DNA of 64,000 nucleotides, from assembly GCF_030684315.1 (NCBI RefSeq), contig NC_081396.1, positions 2,728,001 to 2,792,000 of the forward strand, written 5' to 3'. Numbering within the stretch: the first letter of the stretch is position 1; every line of letters begins with the position of its first letter. Below, piece by piece: positions 12,948-25,928 of this stretch. This DNA is from Stegostoma tigrinum. Its lineage: Eukaryota. Under the pieces are notes generated by a model. It ran no database searches. It saw nothing but the letters and a program-made list of their open reading frames with translations, and was not told the DNA's origin. The position numbers and the translations under genes are program-made.

Positions 12948-14378
12948 TTACTCATGAACTCGCTGGTGGGTCAGCAGGTTAGATGACCGAGTGAATCCCT
13001 TCCCACACTCTGAGCAGGCGAATGGCTTCTCCCCCGTGTGAACTCGCTGGTGTCTCCGCAGGTTGGATAAGTGAGTGAATTTCTTTTCACACGTGGAGCA
13101 CCGGAATGGCCTCTCTCCAGTGTGAATCTGCTGATGCATCATCAGATGGGATGATCGAGTGAAACCCTTCCCACACTCGGAACAGGTGAATGGCCTCTCT
13201 CCAGTGTGAATTCTCTGATGCATACTGAGTTGAGATGATTGTTTGAAGCCAGTCCCACAGTGAGAGCACCTGAATGGTCTCTCATCAGTGTGAACACGTT
13301 GATGGCGCATCAGCTCCCCGGAAATTTTAAAGCACTTCCCACAGTCTGGACATTTGAAAGGTCTTTCAGTGGTGTGAACTTGCTGGTGTGTCAGCAGAGT
13401 GGAGGACTGAGTAAATCCTTTCCCACACTCTGAGCAGGTGAATGGTCTTTCCTCAGTGTGAAATCGCTGGTGTTTCAGAAGATTGGCTGTCCGAGTGAAT
13501 CCCTTTCCACACTCTGAGCAGGTGAATGGCCTCTCCCCAGTGTGAATGCGTTGGTGGAGAATGAGGTCAGATGATCTCCTGAATCCAGCCCCACAGTGAG
13601 AGCACTTGAATGGCCTCTCATTGGTGTGAATACGTTGATGGAGTGTCAGCTCCTGGGAACTTTTGAAACCCTTCTCACAATCGGGGCATTTAAAAGGCCT
13701 CTCATCTGTATGAATTCGCTGGTGTCTCAGCAGAGTGGGTAAAACAATGAATCCCTTCCCACACACAGAGCAGGAGAAAGGTCTCTCCCCTGTATGAATG
13801 CGTTGATGTGCCTGAAGATGAAAAGACTGAGTGAATTTCTTCCCACAGTCAGAGCAGGTGAACGGCCTCTCCCCAGTGTGAGTGCGTTGATGCACAGTGA
13901 GGGCAGAAGAATGTCTGAACCTCTTTCCACAGGATGTGCAGCTGAACAGCTTCTCCTCAGTGTGAATTCGCTGGTGTATTTGGAGGGTGGACAACTGAGT
14001 GAAATCTTTCCCACACTCTGAGCAGGTGAATGGCTTCTCCCCAGTGTGTACTCGCTGGTGTGCCTGGAGGGTGGATAAATGAGTGAATCCCTTCCCACAC
14101 TCAGAGCAAGTGAATGGTTTTTCTCCGTTGTGGGTGCGTTGGTGCACAGTAAGAGCAGAAGAATGCCTGAATCTCTTTCCGCAGGAAGTGCAGCGGAACA
14201 GCTTTTCCTCAGTGTGAACTCGCTGGTGTGACCAAAGGCCAGATGACTGAGTAAATGCCTTCCCACACACAGAACAAATAAATGGCTTCTCTCCAGTGTG
14301 ATAACGTCGATGGTTTTCCAGCAGCGATGGGTAATCAAATCCTTTACCACATTCCTCACATTTCCATGGTTTTTCCAT
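12948..14378 (-). CDS. C2H2 zinc-finger protein with 17 tandem fingers and no KRAB domain visible; probable ATG at 14378 (MEKPWKC...)
   Basis: Uninterrupted ORF with 17 CxxC-x12-HxxxH units and TGEKP/TGERP linkers. The track start at 14501 is a GTG; the first ATG is at 14378 in GCCATGG context. Confidence 0.93.
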   Translation of the reverse strand: MEKPWKCEECGKGFDYPSLLENHRRYHTGEKPFICSVCGKAFTQSSGLWSHQRVHTEEKLFRCTSCGKRFRHSSALTVHQRTHNGEKPFTCSECGKGFTHLSTLQAHQRVHTGEKPFTCSECGKDFTQLSTLQIHQRIHTEEKLFSCTSCGKRFRHSSALTVHQRTHTGERPFTCSDCGKKFTQSFHLQAHQRIHTGERPFSCSVCGKGFIVLPTLLRHQRIHTDERPFKCPDCEKGFKSSQELTLHQRIHTNERPFKCSHCGAGFRRSSDLILHQRIHTGERPFTCSECGKGFTRTANLLKHQRFHTEERPFTCSECGKGFTQSSTLLTHQQVHTTERPFKCPDCGKCFKISGELMRHQRVHTDERPFRCSHCGTGFKQSSQLSMHQRIHTGERPFTCSECGKGFTRSSHLMMHQQIHTGERPFRCSTCEKKFTHLSNLRRHQRVHTGEKPFACSECGKGFTRSSNLLTHQRVHE

Positions 14379-14999
14379 GGCACATGTGCCCTGTGTTTCT
14401 CTAGGTTGTGAACACAACACTTGAAGAGTTTCTCCTGTTTTGAATAGTGTAATGTTCGTTTTGAAGTTTTGTAACTGTTTAAAGCTCTTTCCACAGCTCA
14501 CACTCTTGGGTGAAATATTATAGCCAGGTCAGCACAGACAAACATTTCCCCTGGTGCATTCAAAGACCCATGATACTAAGAACTCTTAAAAAATAACCTT
14601 GGGAAAGACGTTCACAAAACTGTCCACCAAAAGCATAGGACAGCAATTTAAAACTAAGAATTCCAATTTGTATGGAAACTGTGCGGTTCATCAAAAGTGT
14701 AAGTCACCAATCCCACAAAACACCGTCATCCCTGAGCTGAAATCCAAAGCCTTGGGTCCATCCTTTCCATCACCCCGCGTATTCTCCACGTCTAATGTGG
14801 TTGAATTCATTTCTTTAGCCCACTCTTGGATTAGCAAGATAGCTAAACTTACGTCCTGCTCAACATATAGCCAGGATGGTGACCACGAATATGAGCCTAT
14901 TCCTCGGGAGAAGCTTCAGGTCTGTAAACGCGTGATCTGCAGCTTGTTTTTGGTCTTTGGGCTCTGCACCGGGGAAGGGGAGGATCAGTTCTCAGGGTT

Positions 15000-15530
15000 T
15001 CTGTCTTGTCTCCTTCAACCAATTAGAACGTGGGCTGGGCTGCGGCCTGACGTCACTGTGAAGGCTGGGAGCAGAGCTAGGAACTCCCTGATTGGTCGGC
15101 AGCATTGAGCATGCGCATTGTCCACAGTGACTTTCTATAAAGATGGCGGCCACCGAATAAGGCCTAACCGACGAGAAACTGTGGCTGGTTCAGTCGATGC
15201 AACAGTAACTTTTTCTTGCTTAAGTTGTTCTCAGGGTGTTTATAAAACATCCCAATCCACGCTCCCAGATCCATCCTCCTTTCTCCGCGAACCTGAGAGT
15301 AGTCACACCCGCCATGATGTTCCGACCGAATCTCTCCCTCCACGGTTCACCAGCGCTGCGCATGCTCTCTTCCGCGGTAAACCAGGTGATTGACGGTGGC
15401 TTTGCACCAATAGGAAGGGGAGGTGGGACTGAATGACCGCGGTTGGAGCGTGTGATCCTCCAGCCAATCGGAATGAATGAGAGGCGGGGCTGTGACAGCG
15501 CCTCCCCCTGACTGAGACGCTCAAATTCCA
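15000..15530. promoter_or_regulatory. CpG-rich promoter upstream of the 17-finger gene
   Basis: CCAAT 15019-15023, CRE TGACGTCA 15048-15055, ATTGG 15091-15095, CATGCGCA 15110-15117, AAGATGGCGGCC from 15140, and further CCAAT boxes near 15407 and 15464. Confidence 0.7.
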
Positions 15531-15721
15531 GGAGTTTTCCTACTTCCTTGAATAAACTGTGATGTTGGCTGTTTTGGAATCCGCTGGGAATTATCCACAG
15601 TCTCGGGTTGTTTGTAAAATTACAACCGATGCAGAATCTCTGCAGCTACTTACTTTAGAAACAGAGCTGGGGGCTTGATCTGAATTTAACCCCTTAGTTT
15701 GTCGAGTACTACGACTCTCCA

Positions 15722-15912
15722 ACAAAGACAAAGTTGCTGGAAAAGCTCAGCAGGTCTGGCAGCATCTGTGGAGGAGAAAAAAGAGTTAACGTTTCAGGTC
15801 TGGTGACCCTTCCTCAGCTCTTTTTACTCCTCCACAGATGCAGCCAGACCTGCTGAGCTTTTCCAGCAACTCTTTGTTCCTGATTTGCAGCATCCGCAGT
15901 TCTTTTGGTTCT
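15722..15912. mobile_element. Penelope family D fold-back mini-element with hammerhead motif (15788-15817, minus)
   Basis: Inverted arms of about 60 bp; minus strand CTGAGGA-AGGGTCACCAGACCT-GAAACGTT. Confidence 0.7.
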
Positions 15913-16084
15913 TACCACTGCTCTCCAAATTGCCAAGCCACCCACAGTACTGTTCAGGACACCATTTGATGGTCACTGGGGGATGTTCTATCCTGATGTA
16001 CTTTATTAAGCATGTTACATTACTCGATTCAAATTAGCCTGATCACCCATTGGTCCCTTCTGCATCACTGGCCTCTTTGTTGGG

Positions 16085-16772
16085 GAAGTGCCAGTGTTGG
16101 ACTGGGGTGGACAAAGTCAGAAGTCACTTGACACCAGGTTATAGTCCAACAGGTTTACGTGAAACCATAAACTTTTGGTGCGCACCTGCTTGAGGTGCAG
16201 TGAAGATGACCTCAACCATGATCTTGGTTTCACATTGCACTACAGGTGACCCTACCATACTGTTCTGTATCTGTGAAATCTTCCCTCCTGTCTTGTTTTG
16301 ACAGCATTGCCTTCATAAATTGTTATGATCTCTCTACTTAGTTTGTACAGTTTTGCATTATTTCTTTCTTTGATTAGACCCTCGGCATGTGAGTCATACC
16401 TATCATGTTAGTCTAGTCATTTAGTTTATCTCCAGCACCACTCTATTTTTAATTTTTTGTAATTATTCTATGCCTCACACTCAGATTATAGGTCATCCCT
16501 TCACTGGTTATTCAGCTGTTGACACGTTACTCAGAATCTGATACTCTTGGTCATCTACAGAGACTTAGCATCTAACAATCCACTCACGCCAGTTGTGTCA
16601 TCTTTTGATCTCTCTACCTATAAACTCTGGGTCTGTGTGTTCTCACTACTTGTGACAAAGCAGCTGCACTCTGCAAGCTTGCATGATTTCACATAAACGT
16701 GTTAGACTATAACCTGGTGTCCTACGACTTCTGATTTTGTCCACCCCAGTCCAACACCAGCACTTCCACATC
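16085..16772 (+). mobile_element. Penelope family C remnant with inverted pLTR ends
   Basis: 16090-16160 is an inverted copy of 16695-16768; internal DDLNHDLGF resembles the C-terminus of a PLE GIY-YIG ORF; hammerhead region decayed. Confidence 0.6.
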
Positions 16773-16891
16773 ATTATGTGCTCTCCAGTCACCATCAAGC
16801 ATTTACTTAACATTTGGTAAAGCTAACAGTCAGGGCTATGCAAAAATGTTGATCCTCAGTCTGGCTACCAAGCTGTCTCAGCAGGTGAGAT

Positions 16892-17086
16892 AACAAAGTG
16901 TGGAGCTGGATGAACACAGCAGGCCAAGCAGCATCTTAGGAGCACAAAAGCTGATGTTTCGGGCCTAGATGAACGGTCTAGGCCCGAAACATCAGCTTTT
17001 GTGCTCCTAAGATGCTGCTTGGCCTGCTGTGTTCATCCAGCTCCACACTTTGTATTTAGATTGTCCAGCATCTGCAGTTCCCATTA
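16892..17086. mobile_element. Penelope family A hairpin insertion with 16-bp TSD inside a zinc-finger relic
   Basis: Perfect 77-bp inverted arms at 16893-16969 and 16977-17053; TSD tctcagcaggtgagat at 16876-16891 and 17087-17102. Confidence 0.9.
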
Positions 17087-17435
<349 letters not shown>

Positions 17436-18474
17436 CTCTCTCTTTCTGCAGCAAATCACTGCAATCTGTTCCTGGTTCAAACAGGGAGCTGGGTTTCAGG
17501 TTAGGTCAGTGGGAACTGGATTACTCCTAGTTCAAACCAGTGTAATCCAAACAGATACCCAAGGATGGCATGGACATAAAAACCTAACCTGACAAAGAAG
17601 CAGTGAAATGAAAGCTTGTGATTTCAAATAAACCTCTTGGATTCTAACTTGCTGTCATGTAACTTCTGACTTTGGAAATAGAGATTGCAGACGGAAGGTA
17701 TGTAGTGGGGACTGACAACAGCTGGAATACCGCAAACAGTTTCAGGACTCTGCATCTTTTTGCGGCACCAAATCTGAAGATATATAGACTGGCATTGGAG
17801 TTGGTCCAGAGAAGGTTCATCCAGCTGATCCCAGGAGGGCAAAGAGACTGTCTTATCAGAAGAGGTTGGGTCTTTACTGAGTTGAGAAGAATGAAGGAAA
17901 GACTGGAGGGACCGGCTCTGGGGGACGGGTGGAGTCCTCAGTGGGAGGCCTCGGGCTCAGAAGGTGGGCCCTAAGCAAGATGGCTGCGATGGTGATAAGA
18001 TCAAAGACAAGTTCCACCATTTCCAGGGTTCATGATGACAGAGCCGAGCCAGAGACTTCATTGGCTTCCCAAGTTGGCAAGCATCTGTGCCAACTATGGC
18101 AGGGGAGGAAGAGAATGGCAAGACGGGATGTGAGTTGAGAGTAAAAGAGGATCCGCCTCACCCCTGCCCCCACATGTCCTGCGCATCAGGAACCTTCTGT
18201 CCATGCCTTTCACCTCTTGGAGCTGGCAAAGATGCATCTCGATAGCACTGATCTCCCAGAGTTTTGAGGTTTCGCTGGAGCCCTTGGCCACCCCCAGCCA
18301 TGTGTTCCCTTGCTTCCCCGCCTTGGCATAGCTGCTCATTGCCATGCCCCCTCTTTGCTCACAGGGCACAGGGTGATCCTGCAAAGCAGCGGGAGCTGGG
18401 AAAATGCACAGGCAATGCCGTGGTCTCCCTCATTAATTTGTAGTTCAGTCTGGCCAATTCCTTTCCTGCTTGGG

Positions 18475-18880
18475 CGGGAGAGGGAGAGCAGAAGGAGAGG
18501 CCGAGAGAGGCAGAGAAAAAGGGAAGAACACAACATCATCAAAAGAGAGCGGGAGACAGAAAGTGCATGATCAAGAGGGAGAGAAAAAGAGGACATAACA
18601 TCATCGACAGAGCATGCGTGGGTGAGTCAGAGCGCGGGAGTGTCTGTGAGAGAGTATGTGACATAGTGAGAGAGAGAGAAAGAGTGAGAGAAGGAGAGAC
18701 AGCAAGAACGTGAGTGTGTGTGAGAGAAAAAAAAGGGCGGAGAGAGAGAGGGGAGGGGGGAGAGTGGGTTAGAGAGAGGGGGTAAGATAGAAAGTGTGAG
18801 AGAGAAGGAAGGAGGGAGAGAGAGTGAGAGAGAGAGAGTGGGCGTGAGAAAGAGAGAGAGAAAGAGAGGGGGAGAGAGAG
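18475..18880. repeat. GA-rich low-complexity tract
   Basis: Imperfect (GA)n/GAG runs. Confidence 0.9.
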
Positions 18881-19274
18881 AATGTCTCCACATACAGGTG
18901 GGCTTTTTACCGATTTAATTTTGTTAGGCTTGGCATTGAATTTTTTGACGGCCAGTTTGCATATTCAGCTACCATTTGATATTCACTTTGTCTGGAAATA
19001 TCGTCAAGAATTAGATGAATTATAATCTCTCAGCACTGACGCTCTGACAGTGCCTGGTCGTTCAGTGCTGACCCTCCAACAGTGCCCGGTCACTCAGCGT
19101 TCTGGTTGAGGCCTGGTTCCTTGTTTGCTGTTGTACTCACTTGCATGGCTTCTGACAGGTTTTGAAGCAGCTGAGGACCATAGTAAATTCTTGTGTCAAC
19201 TGGGAATAACAGTGTCCTGGGCGTGAGAGAAATTGAGAGAAGATGAGCAAGAAAGCTCTTCTTCCTGATCACCT

Positions 19275-19480
19275 TTGACCAATTCCTGCCTCATCCTGAC
19301 AGCAAGCTCAAAACATTGGCCAATTTCCCTCCCAACTCAGCAACAGGCCCAAGACCATGGCCAAGTACCATCTCATTCTCACCTTGGGCACAAAATCCTG
19401 ACCAATTTCCCTCTTATCTTCAAAAGCCTTCCTCAAAATCCTGACCAAGTCCCATCTCCTCCTCAGCAACAGGCCTGTAG
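19275..19480 (+). repeat. Degenerate tandem repeat, about 41-43-bp unit, about 5 copies
   Basis: Recurrent (c/t)tg(a/g)ccaa(t/g)t...ctc...caaaa; shares ctcagcaacaggcc with the next array. Confidence 0.65.
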
Positions 19481-19775
19481 CTCGTTCCAGGATATGTGAC
19501 TAACCATGTATGTAATACGGGTCTACCCCTAAAGCCCCAAATACCCCAAGAGGTGTGCTTGTTGTAATTTCAGCACTCAGCTACAGGGGGCAGTGTGTAG
19601 TCATACTAACTGCACCTGCGGTGGATACCATGGTGAGCTAGAAGTCAGAACAGATGCAGGTCCTTTGGAGGAGGAGATGGGTTGAAAAGACAGAGGAACA
19701 GTCAGGGCCTGAGTGGAAAGAGGTGTTGGGAAAGGCTTGGGCTGCAATGTTGACAGCAGCAACAGAAGGACTAGG

Positions 19776-20190
19776 AACCTGGGGAACAGGCTGGAGAACC
19801 TGAGGCCTAGAAATGCAAACATTAGTGACAAACCCAAGCGCCTAAGGCCTAGAAATACCAACCTTAGCAATAGGTTCCAGAGGGCGAGGCCTAGAAGCAT
19901 GAACCTCAGCAATAGGCCTGGGAGCCTGACACTGAGGAATGTCAACCTTAGCAAGAGACTGGTAACCCCAAGGCCTAGGGAGGAAAACATCAGCAACTAG
20001 CCTGGGAGCCTAAAGCCTAGGGAGGCCAACCTTTGCAACAGGCCCAGGAGATGAGATTGAGGAATGGGAACCTTAGCAACAAGCCATTAGAGTCTGCGCA
20101 TAGCAATGGCAATTTCTCCAAGCTGAAAAGCCTGTGGGCTAATAATGCCAAATTTCAACAACAGGCCAGAAAGCCTGAAGCCTGCAGGTT
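19776..20190 (+). repeat. Degenerate 42-bp (14-codon) tandem repeat, about 10 units
   Basis: Unit starts at 19776, 19818, 19860, 19902, 19944, 19986, 20028, 20069, 20111 and 20151; peptide consensus N-L-S-N-R-P-x-x-L-R-P-R-N-x. Confidence 0.85.
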
Positions 20191-21399
20191 TTCAAAGGCT
20201 TGGGCATTTTATATCTGGTCTGCTCCCCACTGATCACCAGAACTCCACAGACAGAGGTGAGCTGCCAGCACTGCTGACCAGTTACCTGCTGGGTGTAGTC
20301 GGATTTGTAGAGGTTACAAACTTGGATCTCAGAGCTGTTCTCAGTGCAGTCATGGTACGGCCTTCTGGAGGTGAGACACAACCTCCTGGAATGTGGGCAG
20401 AGTGAGACAGTGAGAGAGCTAGAGATGGGGATAGGGAGGGGTGGAAGGATTGGAGAAGGCTACAGAGATAGGGGAGAGTAGGGGCTAGAGGAGGTGAGAG
20501 AGACAGGAAGGGAGAGTGTGAGGCAGTGGCCAGTGACAGAAGAGATGGGGGTCTCCTTCTCTCCCTCCCTCACCTTTTTCATGTTGTCAGAGGTCTCCAG
20601 TCCTGGGTGAAAATTAAAGCCACTGTTTTCCATGAAGGGGGAATGAACCCGGTCATGAACCATCATCTGGGCTCCAGCTATCATCGACAAGAAGCAAATG
20701 GAATTGTTCTGTTTGAACCTGAGCACAAGGGACAATTCTGGGCATCACAAGTGAGAGAGAGAAGCTTTACTCTGTATCTAACCTCATGCTGTCCATGTCC
20801 TGAGTATTGCCATTCACTGTCTATTCCCTTGTCTTGTTAATTCTCACAACACCCATCATCTCAGATCTTTCAGGATTATATTCCATTTGCCATAATGTGC
20901 CAATCTGACCAGTCTGTCCATATTATCCTGAAGTCCTTGTGGACTACATGGCAATCTTTGCAAGACATGCCAGATCATCCACATAGATACAATCGTTACA
21001 TGTTCGGAACACCGTTTACAATGTACACAGCAGATACTCATGTGACTTGGCCACAGTTGTTGATCTCATACGATACAGGCAAGAAAGCCCCGATGTATGG
21101 TATATTGGTGAGACCATATCTGTGATATGGGCCAAATGCAGATGTGAGGCTAGCCTAGTTTGGGAAACTCGTTCAGCATGGCCGAATTGGAACAAAGTGT
21201 TCATTGCTGTGCTGTTTGTCTCTTGACACAAGTGATCCAGTTCAAAAACTAAACTTGCTGATGTCAGTGTGAGAACTTGTTCTTCAATATGAGGTCAACA
21301 CACTATCTCTGATTGTGTGAATTTGTTCTTCCTCATATTTTAAAAGATCCCAAAATAAGAGAGGATGAATTTAACTGGCACACAAAACAGGAGAAGTGT

Positions 21400-21820
21400 T
21401 TAACTTGAAGCTGCTAAAGAATATAAAAGCCTATGGTGTTGGGGCCAACGTCTGGTATCGATAAACAATTAGATGACTGGCAGAAGAGTGGGCATGAAGG
21501 AATCTCTTTCAGTATAGTAATCAATGACGAGTGGGGTTCTGCAATGGTCATTGTTGGGGCCACAACGATTCACAATATACATTTAAGAAGTTGTCAAAAG
21601 AACTGAAGGCATTGTAGCTAGGCTTTCAAATGACACACAGATAGGTGGAGAGACAGCTAGTTTTGAGCAACTAAGGAGCTGCAGAAGGACTTAGATAGAC
21701 TAGGAGAATGGACAAATAAGTGGTCGATGGAATACAATATGGGCAACTAAGATTCTGTACTTTGGTCAGAAGAAACAAGGCATTGAACGTTCTCCAGAGG
21801 GAAAGGCTTCAGAAATCTGA
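21400..21820 (+). mobile_element. CR1 RT fragment
   Basis: LQKDLDRLGEW..KW.MEYN motif with stops. Confidence 0.7.
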
Positions 21821-22514
21821 TCAACCACTTCCACCACCATCACCACTATCAGGAAAACAGCTCCAAGCCTTCAGAACTTGTCTTATTATCACTGATTTCA
21901 ACATGTGAGTTTTGTTTTCTGGATATTTTCATGAAAATAAATCTCCTCCACGCGGTATATTGCAGTGGAACTCAAATAACTGGGTCACTCTGTTCCAACA
22001 GCCATTACCATTTCACTGGAACATGAAATCCACACCTTCCTCCTTCAGGACAGATCCTGAGGTCCAGACTTCTTGGCCGAGGTGTTTCTCACCATCCCCA
22101 ATGTGTTATGGTGCCATATGGTGTTTGGAAATCCATCGGGAGATATTTAATGAGGTGAAAGCCTTGATATAACTGACACCTTCCTGTAGAACATAAATTG
22201 AAACTGACAAAAAAAACCCTCCTGTTGCATCTTTTTCTCCTCAGACCTGTTTCTGTGCGGCCTTTTGACAGGAAGATATGAACAGATCTCACAATAGTTT
22301 GATTGAAACATTCAGGAGGACAATGATAATTAATTAAATGGAAGAATTTTAAACAGAAATAAATTCTGTAGGTTGGCAATGAAGGAAATTGCTTGGAGTC
22401 AGTGCAGTCATGCTGTGCTGAAAAGCCTTCATCTGCAAAGATGGTGGTGTGAAATGTTTCAAGATTGATGGGTGAGAAGGACAGCCCCAGAGAAAGAGGG
22501 AGAATTGTCAATCG

Positions 22515-22830
22515 TAGAATCCCTACAGTGCAGAAATAGGCCCTTTGACCCAACAAGTCCACATCGAACCTCAGAACACCCACCCAGACCCATCCCCAAT
22601 AACCCACCTAATCTACACCTCCCTGAACACTACAGGCAATTTAGCATAGCCAATCCACCTAACCTGCACACCTTTGGACTGTGGGAGGAAACCAGAGTAC
22701 CCAGAGGAAACCCACACAGACAGAGGGAGAACGTGCAAACCCCACACAGACAGTCACTGAGGCTAGAATCGAAACCGGGTCCCTGGCACTGTGAAGCAGC
22801 AATGCTAACCATTTTGACACTGTGCCACCC
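22515..22830 (-). mobile_element. HE1-like SINE, near full length
   Basis: Minus strand ggtggcacagtg...ggttagcattgctgcttcacagtgccagggacccggtttcgattc head, V-domain and CR1-like tail. Confidence 0.9.
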
Positions 22831-23175
22831 AATAATACAAGTAACGTGGGGATGTCGGATGGTCAGTCGTTTTGAGGGAACAGATTCAAGAGATGAGGTG
22901 GTGGATCTGATGGACGTGTGCTTTGATGGGGTACGACAGGAGGGAAAGTGGAGAACGATGTCAGGGCTGGTATGTATGTCTTGCTGCATGCACAAATGGC
23001 TGTTTAAAGTAAAGATGCCAGGGAGGGAGAATCCTACAAAAGTATCCAACTTGGAATCAAAGTATTACAAAGACCTGCCACAGTCCATTTAATAGAAAGC
23101 TGATTTATTTAACTTTTATCCTGAAAATGTAAACATTGCTTTCAGTTTCTGGATGTGATTAATAGCAAAGTCCAA

Positions 23176-24290
23176 TCATTGTTGAGATGTGCGATCTCTC
23201 TGCTGTCTCAGCAGGGTGGATGAGTGAGCTAACTTTTTTACACATGGCGCAGGTGAATGGTTTCTCTCCAGTGTGAACTCACTGGTGTCCTCAGAGTTGG
23301 GAGATTCGCCTGAAAACAGTCCCACAATGAAAGCACCTGAAAGGTCTGTCATCATGTGAACACATTGATGGGACGTCAGTTCACAGAAATTCAATAACAC
23401 TTCTCACAGATTAGGAGTTTGAAAGGTCTCTTCTCAGTGTAAACACACTGATGATAAAACAGTCCTGTCTGAGCATTTAAAAGGTTTCTCCTCAGTGTGA
23501 ACACATTGATAAGTCAGTCCCCAGGAGCTCATAATTGCAGTTCCCCCCAAAAAAAATCTGTCCCAATGTGAACAGGCTGGTGTCTCAGCAGGTTGGATGA
23601 CCGAGTAATTCCCCTCCCATACCTGGAGCAGAACAGTCTCTCCCCAGTGTGTACCTGTCACACAGAAAGAGCACATGAATGGTCTCTCCTCGGAGTGAAC
23701 ATGGTGGGATATCAGGTCCCAGGAGCTTTGTAGCATTTCCCAAAATCTGGGAATTTAAAAGGTCTCTCATTAATGTGAACAAGTTGATGGGACATCAGGT
23801 CCCTGAAGATTTTAAAGCACTTTACACAGTTTGAGCATTTAAAAGGTCTCTTCTCCATGTGAGCAAATTGGTGGGACTCCAGGTCCTTGGGCGTTTTATA
23901 GCATTTTTGACAGTGTGGATATTAAAAAGATCTGGCTGAATGTGAACACATTGATGGTACAACAGCATTCTGGGATTTTTACAGCACTTCCAGCAGTCCA
24001 GCCATTGAAATAATCTCTCCTCAGCATGACCGAGTTGCTGCTGCAGCAAGTTAGAAGACTGAGTGAACTCCTTCCCACATACTGAGCAGGTGGATGGCCG
24101 GCTGCTGGTGCGTCTGCAATGTGTTTCCAGCTCAGATGGGAAAACAAATTCCTCCCCACAATCCACACGTTTCCGCAGTTTCTGCCCAGTGTCACTGCAT
24201 TTGTGGAGTCTAATGATTGGCTGAAGCCTACTCCTCACACACGTACGGTTTCTCTCCACTGTGAACGAGGTTTTTCCCATCCATATTCAA
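23176..24290 (-). pseudogene. Frameshifted C2H2 zinc-finger pseudogene
   Basis: Finger and linker remnants spread over several frames ([41 protein letters not shown]) with lost Cys/His ligands. Confidence 0.88.
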
Positions 24291-25304
24291 AACCTGACGA
24301 CATTCCATTTGTGATCAACTGAATGACTCCATCAAATCTTCATGTGATATCTGGTTTTAAATCTTCCCCTTCCAATATCCTGTATAATTGATGTCCAACC
24401 AAAAAAAAAACAAGAGAGTAAGAGTGAATCTCTCAAAGATTCTGGCTTCTATATGAAGAGAGAGTGAAAGGCATGAACTGAAGGAGAGGGATTTTATACA
24501 CCGATACATTGACCAGAATTTGTCAGGATCTTCTAAACACTCAGCCTCCACCCCTGAGAAGGAGCAGGGTAACAGCTGGACACATTCATGTCGGAGAATT
24601 GAACAGAAGGATCTGCTGATGAGTGAGATGAAGATTGGAGGGTGGAGGCTCCCATGGAGCATAAATACTGACAACAACAAATTGAGCTGATTGGACCTAG
24701 CCCCGTGCTGCAGACTCAATGGGACGAACATATGTATTTATGTCAGATTTTGTACTGGGAAGAAAAACATTCTTGACCATGCAGGAGAAATGTCTTTCAC
24801 AGCTTTTGGGGATCATTTCGGCAGGAATGTGTAATCCCAGGCTCAAACATCATCAGCCTCACTGGAAGCAAAGTGGTGAGAGCAACTAGTCCAGCAGAAA
24901 GAAACCCTCTGACTCTCCTACTTTACCCACTGTCCAAATGAACACGGCTCTGTCCTGGATGTCATTTACGCTCATTTCTAAATCAATTCTTGGGGTATAG
25001 TATCAACATCTATGTCAGCATTTTCTGCTCATCCTGAATTGTCTTGCTCGAGAAGCTGTCTTCCGGGACTACATTCCTTGTGGTGTAGGGACACCCACAA
25101 TGCTGTTAGAGGGGAGTTCCAGGATTTCAATCCAACAACAGGGAAAGAACAGCCAATATATTTCCAAGTGATGATGGTGTGCGACGTGGAGGGATGTTTT
25201 CAGGTAACTGTTGCCCTTGTTCTTGTCCATTTCAGCGGTTTAGAGTTTCGAAGGTGCTATCTAACAGAACGGATACTGTTGCTGATTCACAGCAGATCCT
25301 GTAT

Positions 25305-25928
25305 TCACTTATGAATTTGCTTATGCTTCTGCAGATGTGATGACTGAGTGAATTGTTTCCCACACTCAGAACAGATAAATGGCTTCTCCCCAGTATGCAC
25401 TCGCTGGTGTACATGTAGGGCAGATGACTGTCTGAATCGTTTCCCACAGTTGGAGCACTTGAATGGTCTCTCCCCAGTGTGAATTTGCTCATGCTTCCTC
25501 AGGTGTGATGACTGAGTGAATTCCTTTCCACAATCAGAGCAGCTAAATGGTCTCTCCCCAGTGTGAACTCGCTGGTGTGCACGCAAACCCGACAACTGAG
25601 TGAATACCTTCCCACACTCTGAGCAGGCGGATGGGGTCTCCCCAGTGTGAGCTCGCTGGTGTCTCAACAAGGTGAAATATTCCCTGAATTTCTTCCCACA
25701 CTCGGAACAGGCAAACGGTCTCTCTCCAGTGGCAGCACGCTGATGTTTCCGAAGGGCAGACGAATCAGGGAATTCCTTCCTACATTCAGAGCAGGTCAAT
25801 GACCCCTCCCTGCTGTGACCACGTCGATGAAATTCTTGTGCTGAAAGCGAATGAAGTCCCTTCCCACAGTCGTCACACTTCCACGGTTTCTCCCTGTTAT
25901 TGGTGTCGCTGTGACTCTGAGTGTTCAA
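25305..25928 (-). CDS. C2H2 zinc-finger ORF with 7 fingers (first two degenerate) and no in-frame ATG; spliced gene or young pseudogene
   Basis: Five canonical fingers with TGERP/TGEKP-type linkers. The track start is TTG, and the ORF reads REKPWKC (AGG) where the paralogue has MEKPWKC (ATG). Confidence 0.7.
   Translation of the reverse strand: MNTQSHSDTNNREKPWKCDDCGKGLHSLSAQEFHRRGHSREGSLTCSECRKEFPDSSALRKHQRAATGERPFACSECGKKFREYFTLLRHQRAHTGETPSACSECGKVFTQLSGLRAHQRVHTGERPFSCSDCGKEFTQSSHLRKHEQIHTGERPFKCSNCGKRFRQSSALHVHQRVHTGEKPFICSECGKQFTQSSHLQKHKQIHK

Noticed and set aside
13087-14494. Overlapping alternate-frame and antisense ORFs over the ZF gene
   Set aside because: By-products of repetitive finger codons; no independent motifs.
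19776-20190. CRISPR-like periodicity
   Set aside because: Vertebrate context; the whole unit is degenerate rather than constant repeat plus unique spacer, and there are no cas genes.
21920-22190. Possible minus-strand exon relic (acceptor plus VWTSG...FHC, vaguely lectin-like)
   Set aside because: Stops in the frames I read and similarity too weak to support without a search.
22472-23092. 206-aa ORF
   Set aside because: Mostly an antisense read through an HE1-like SINE.
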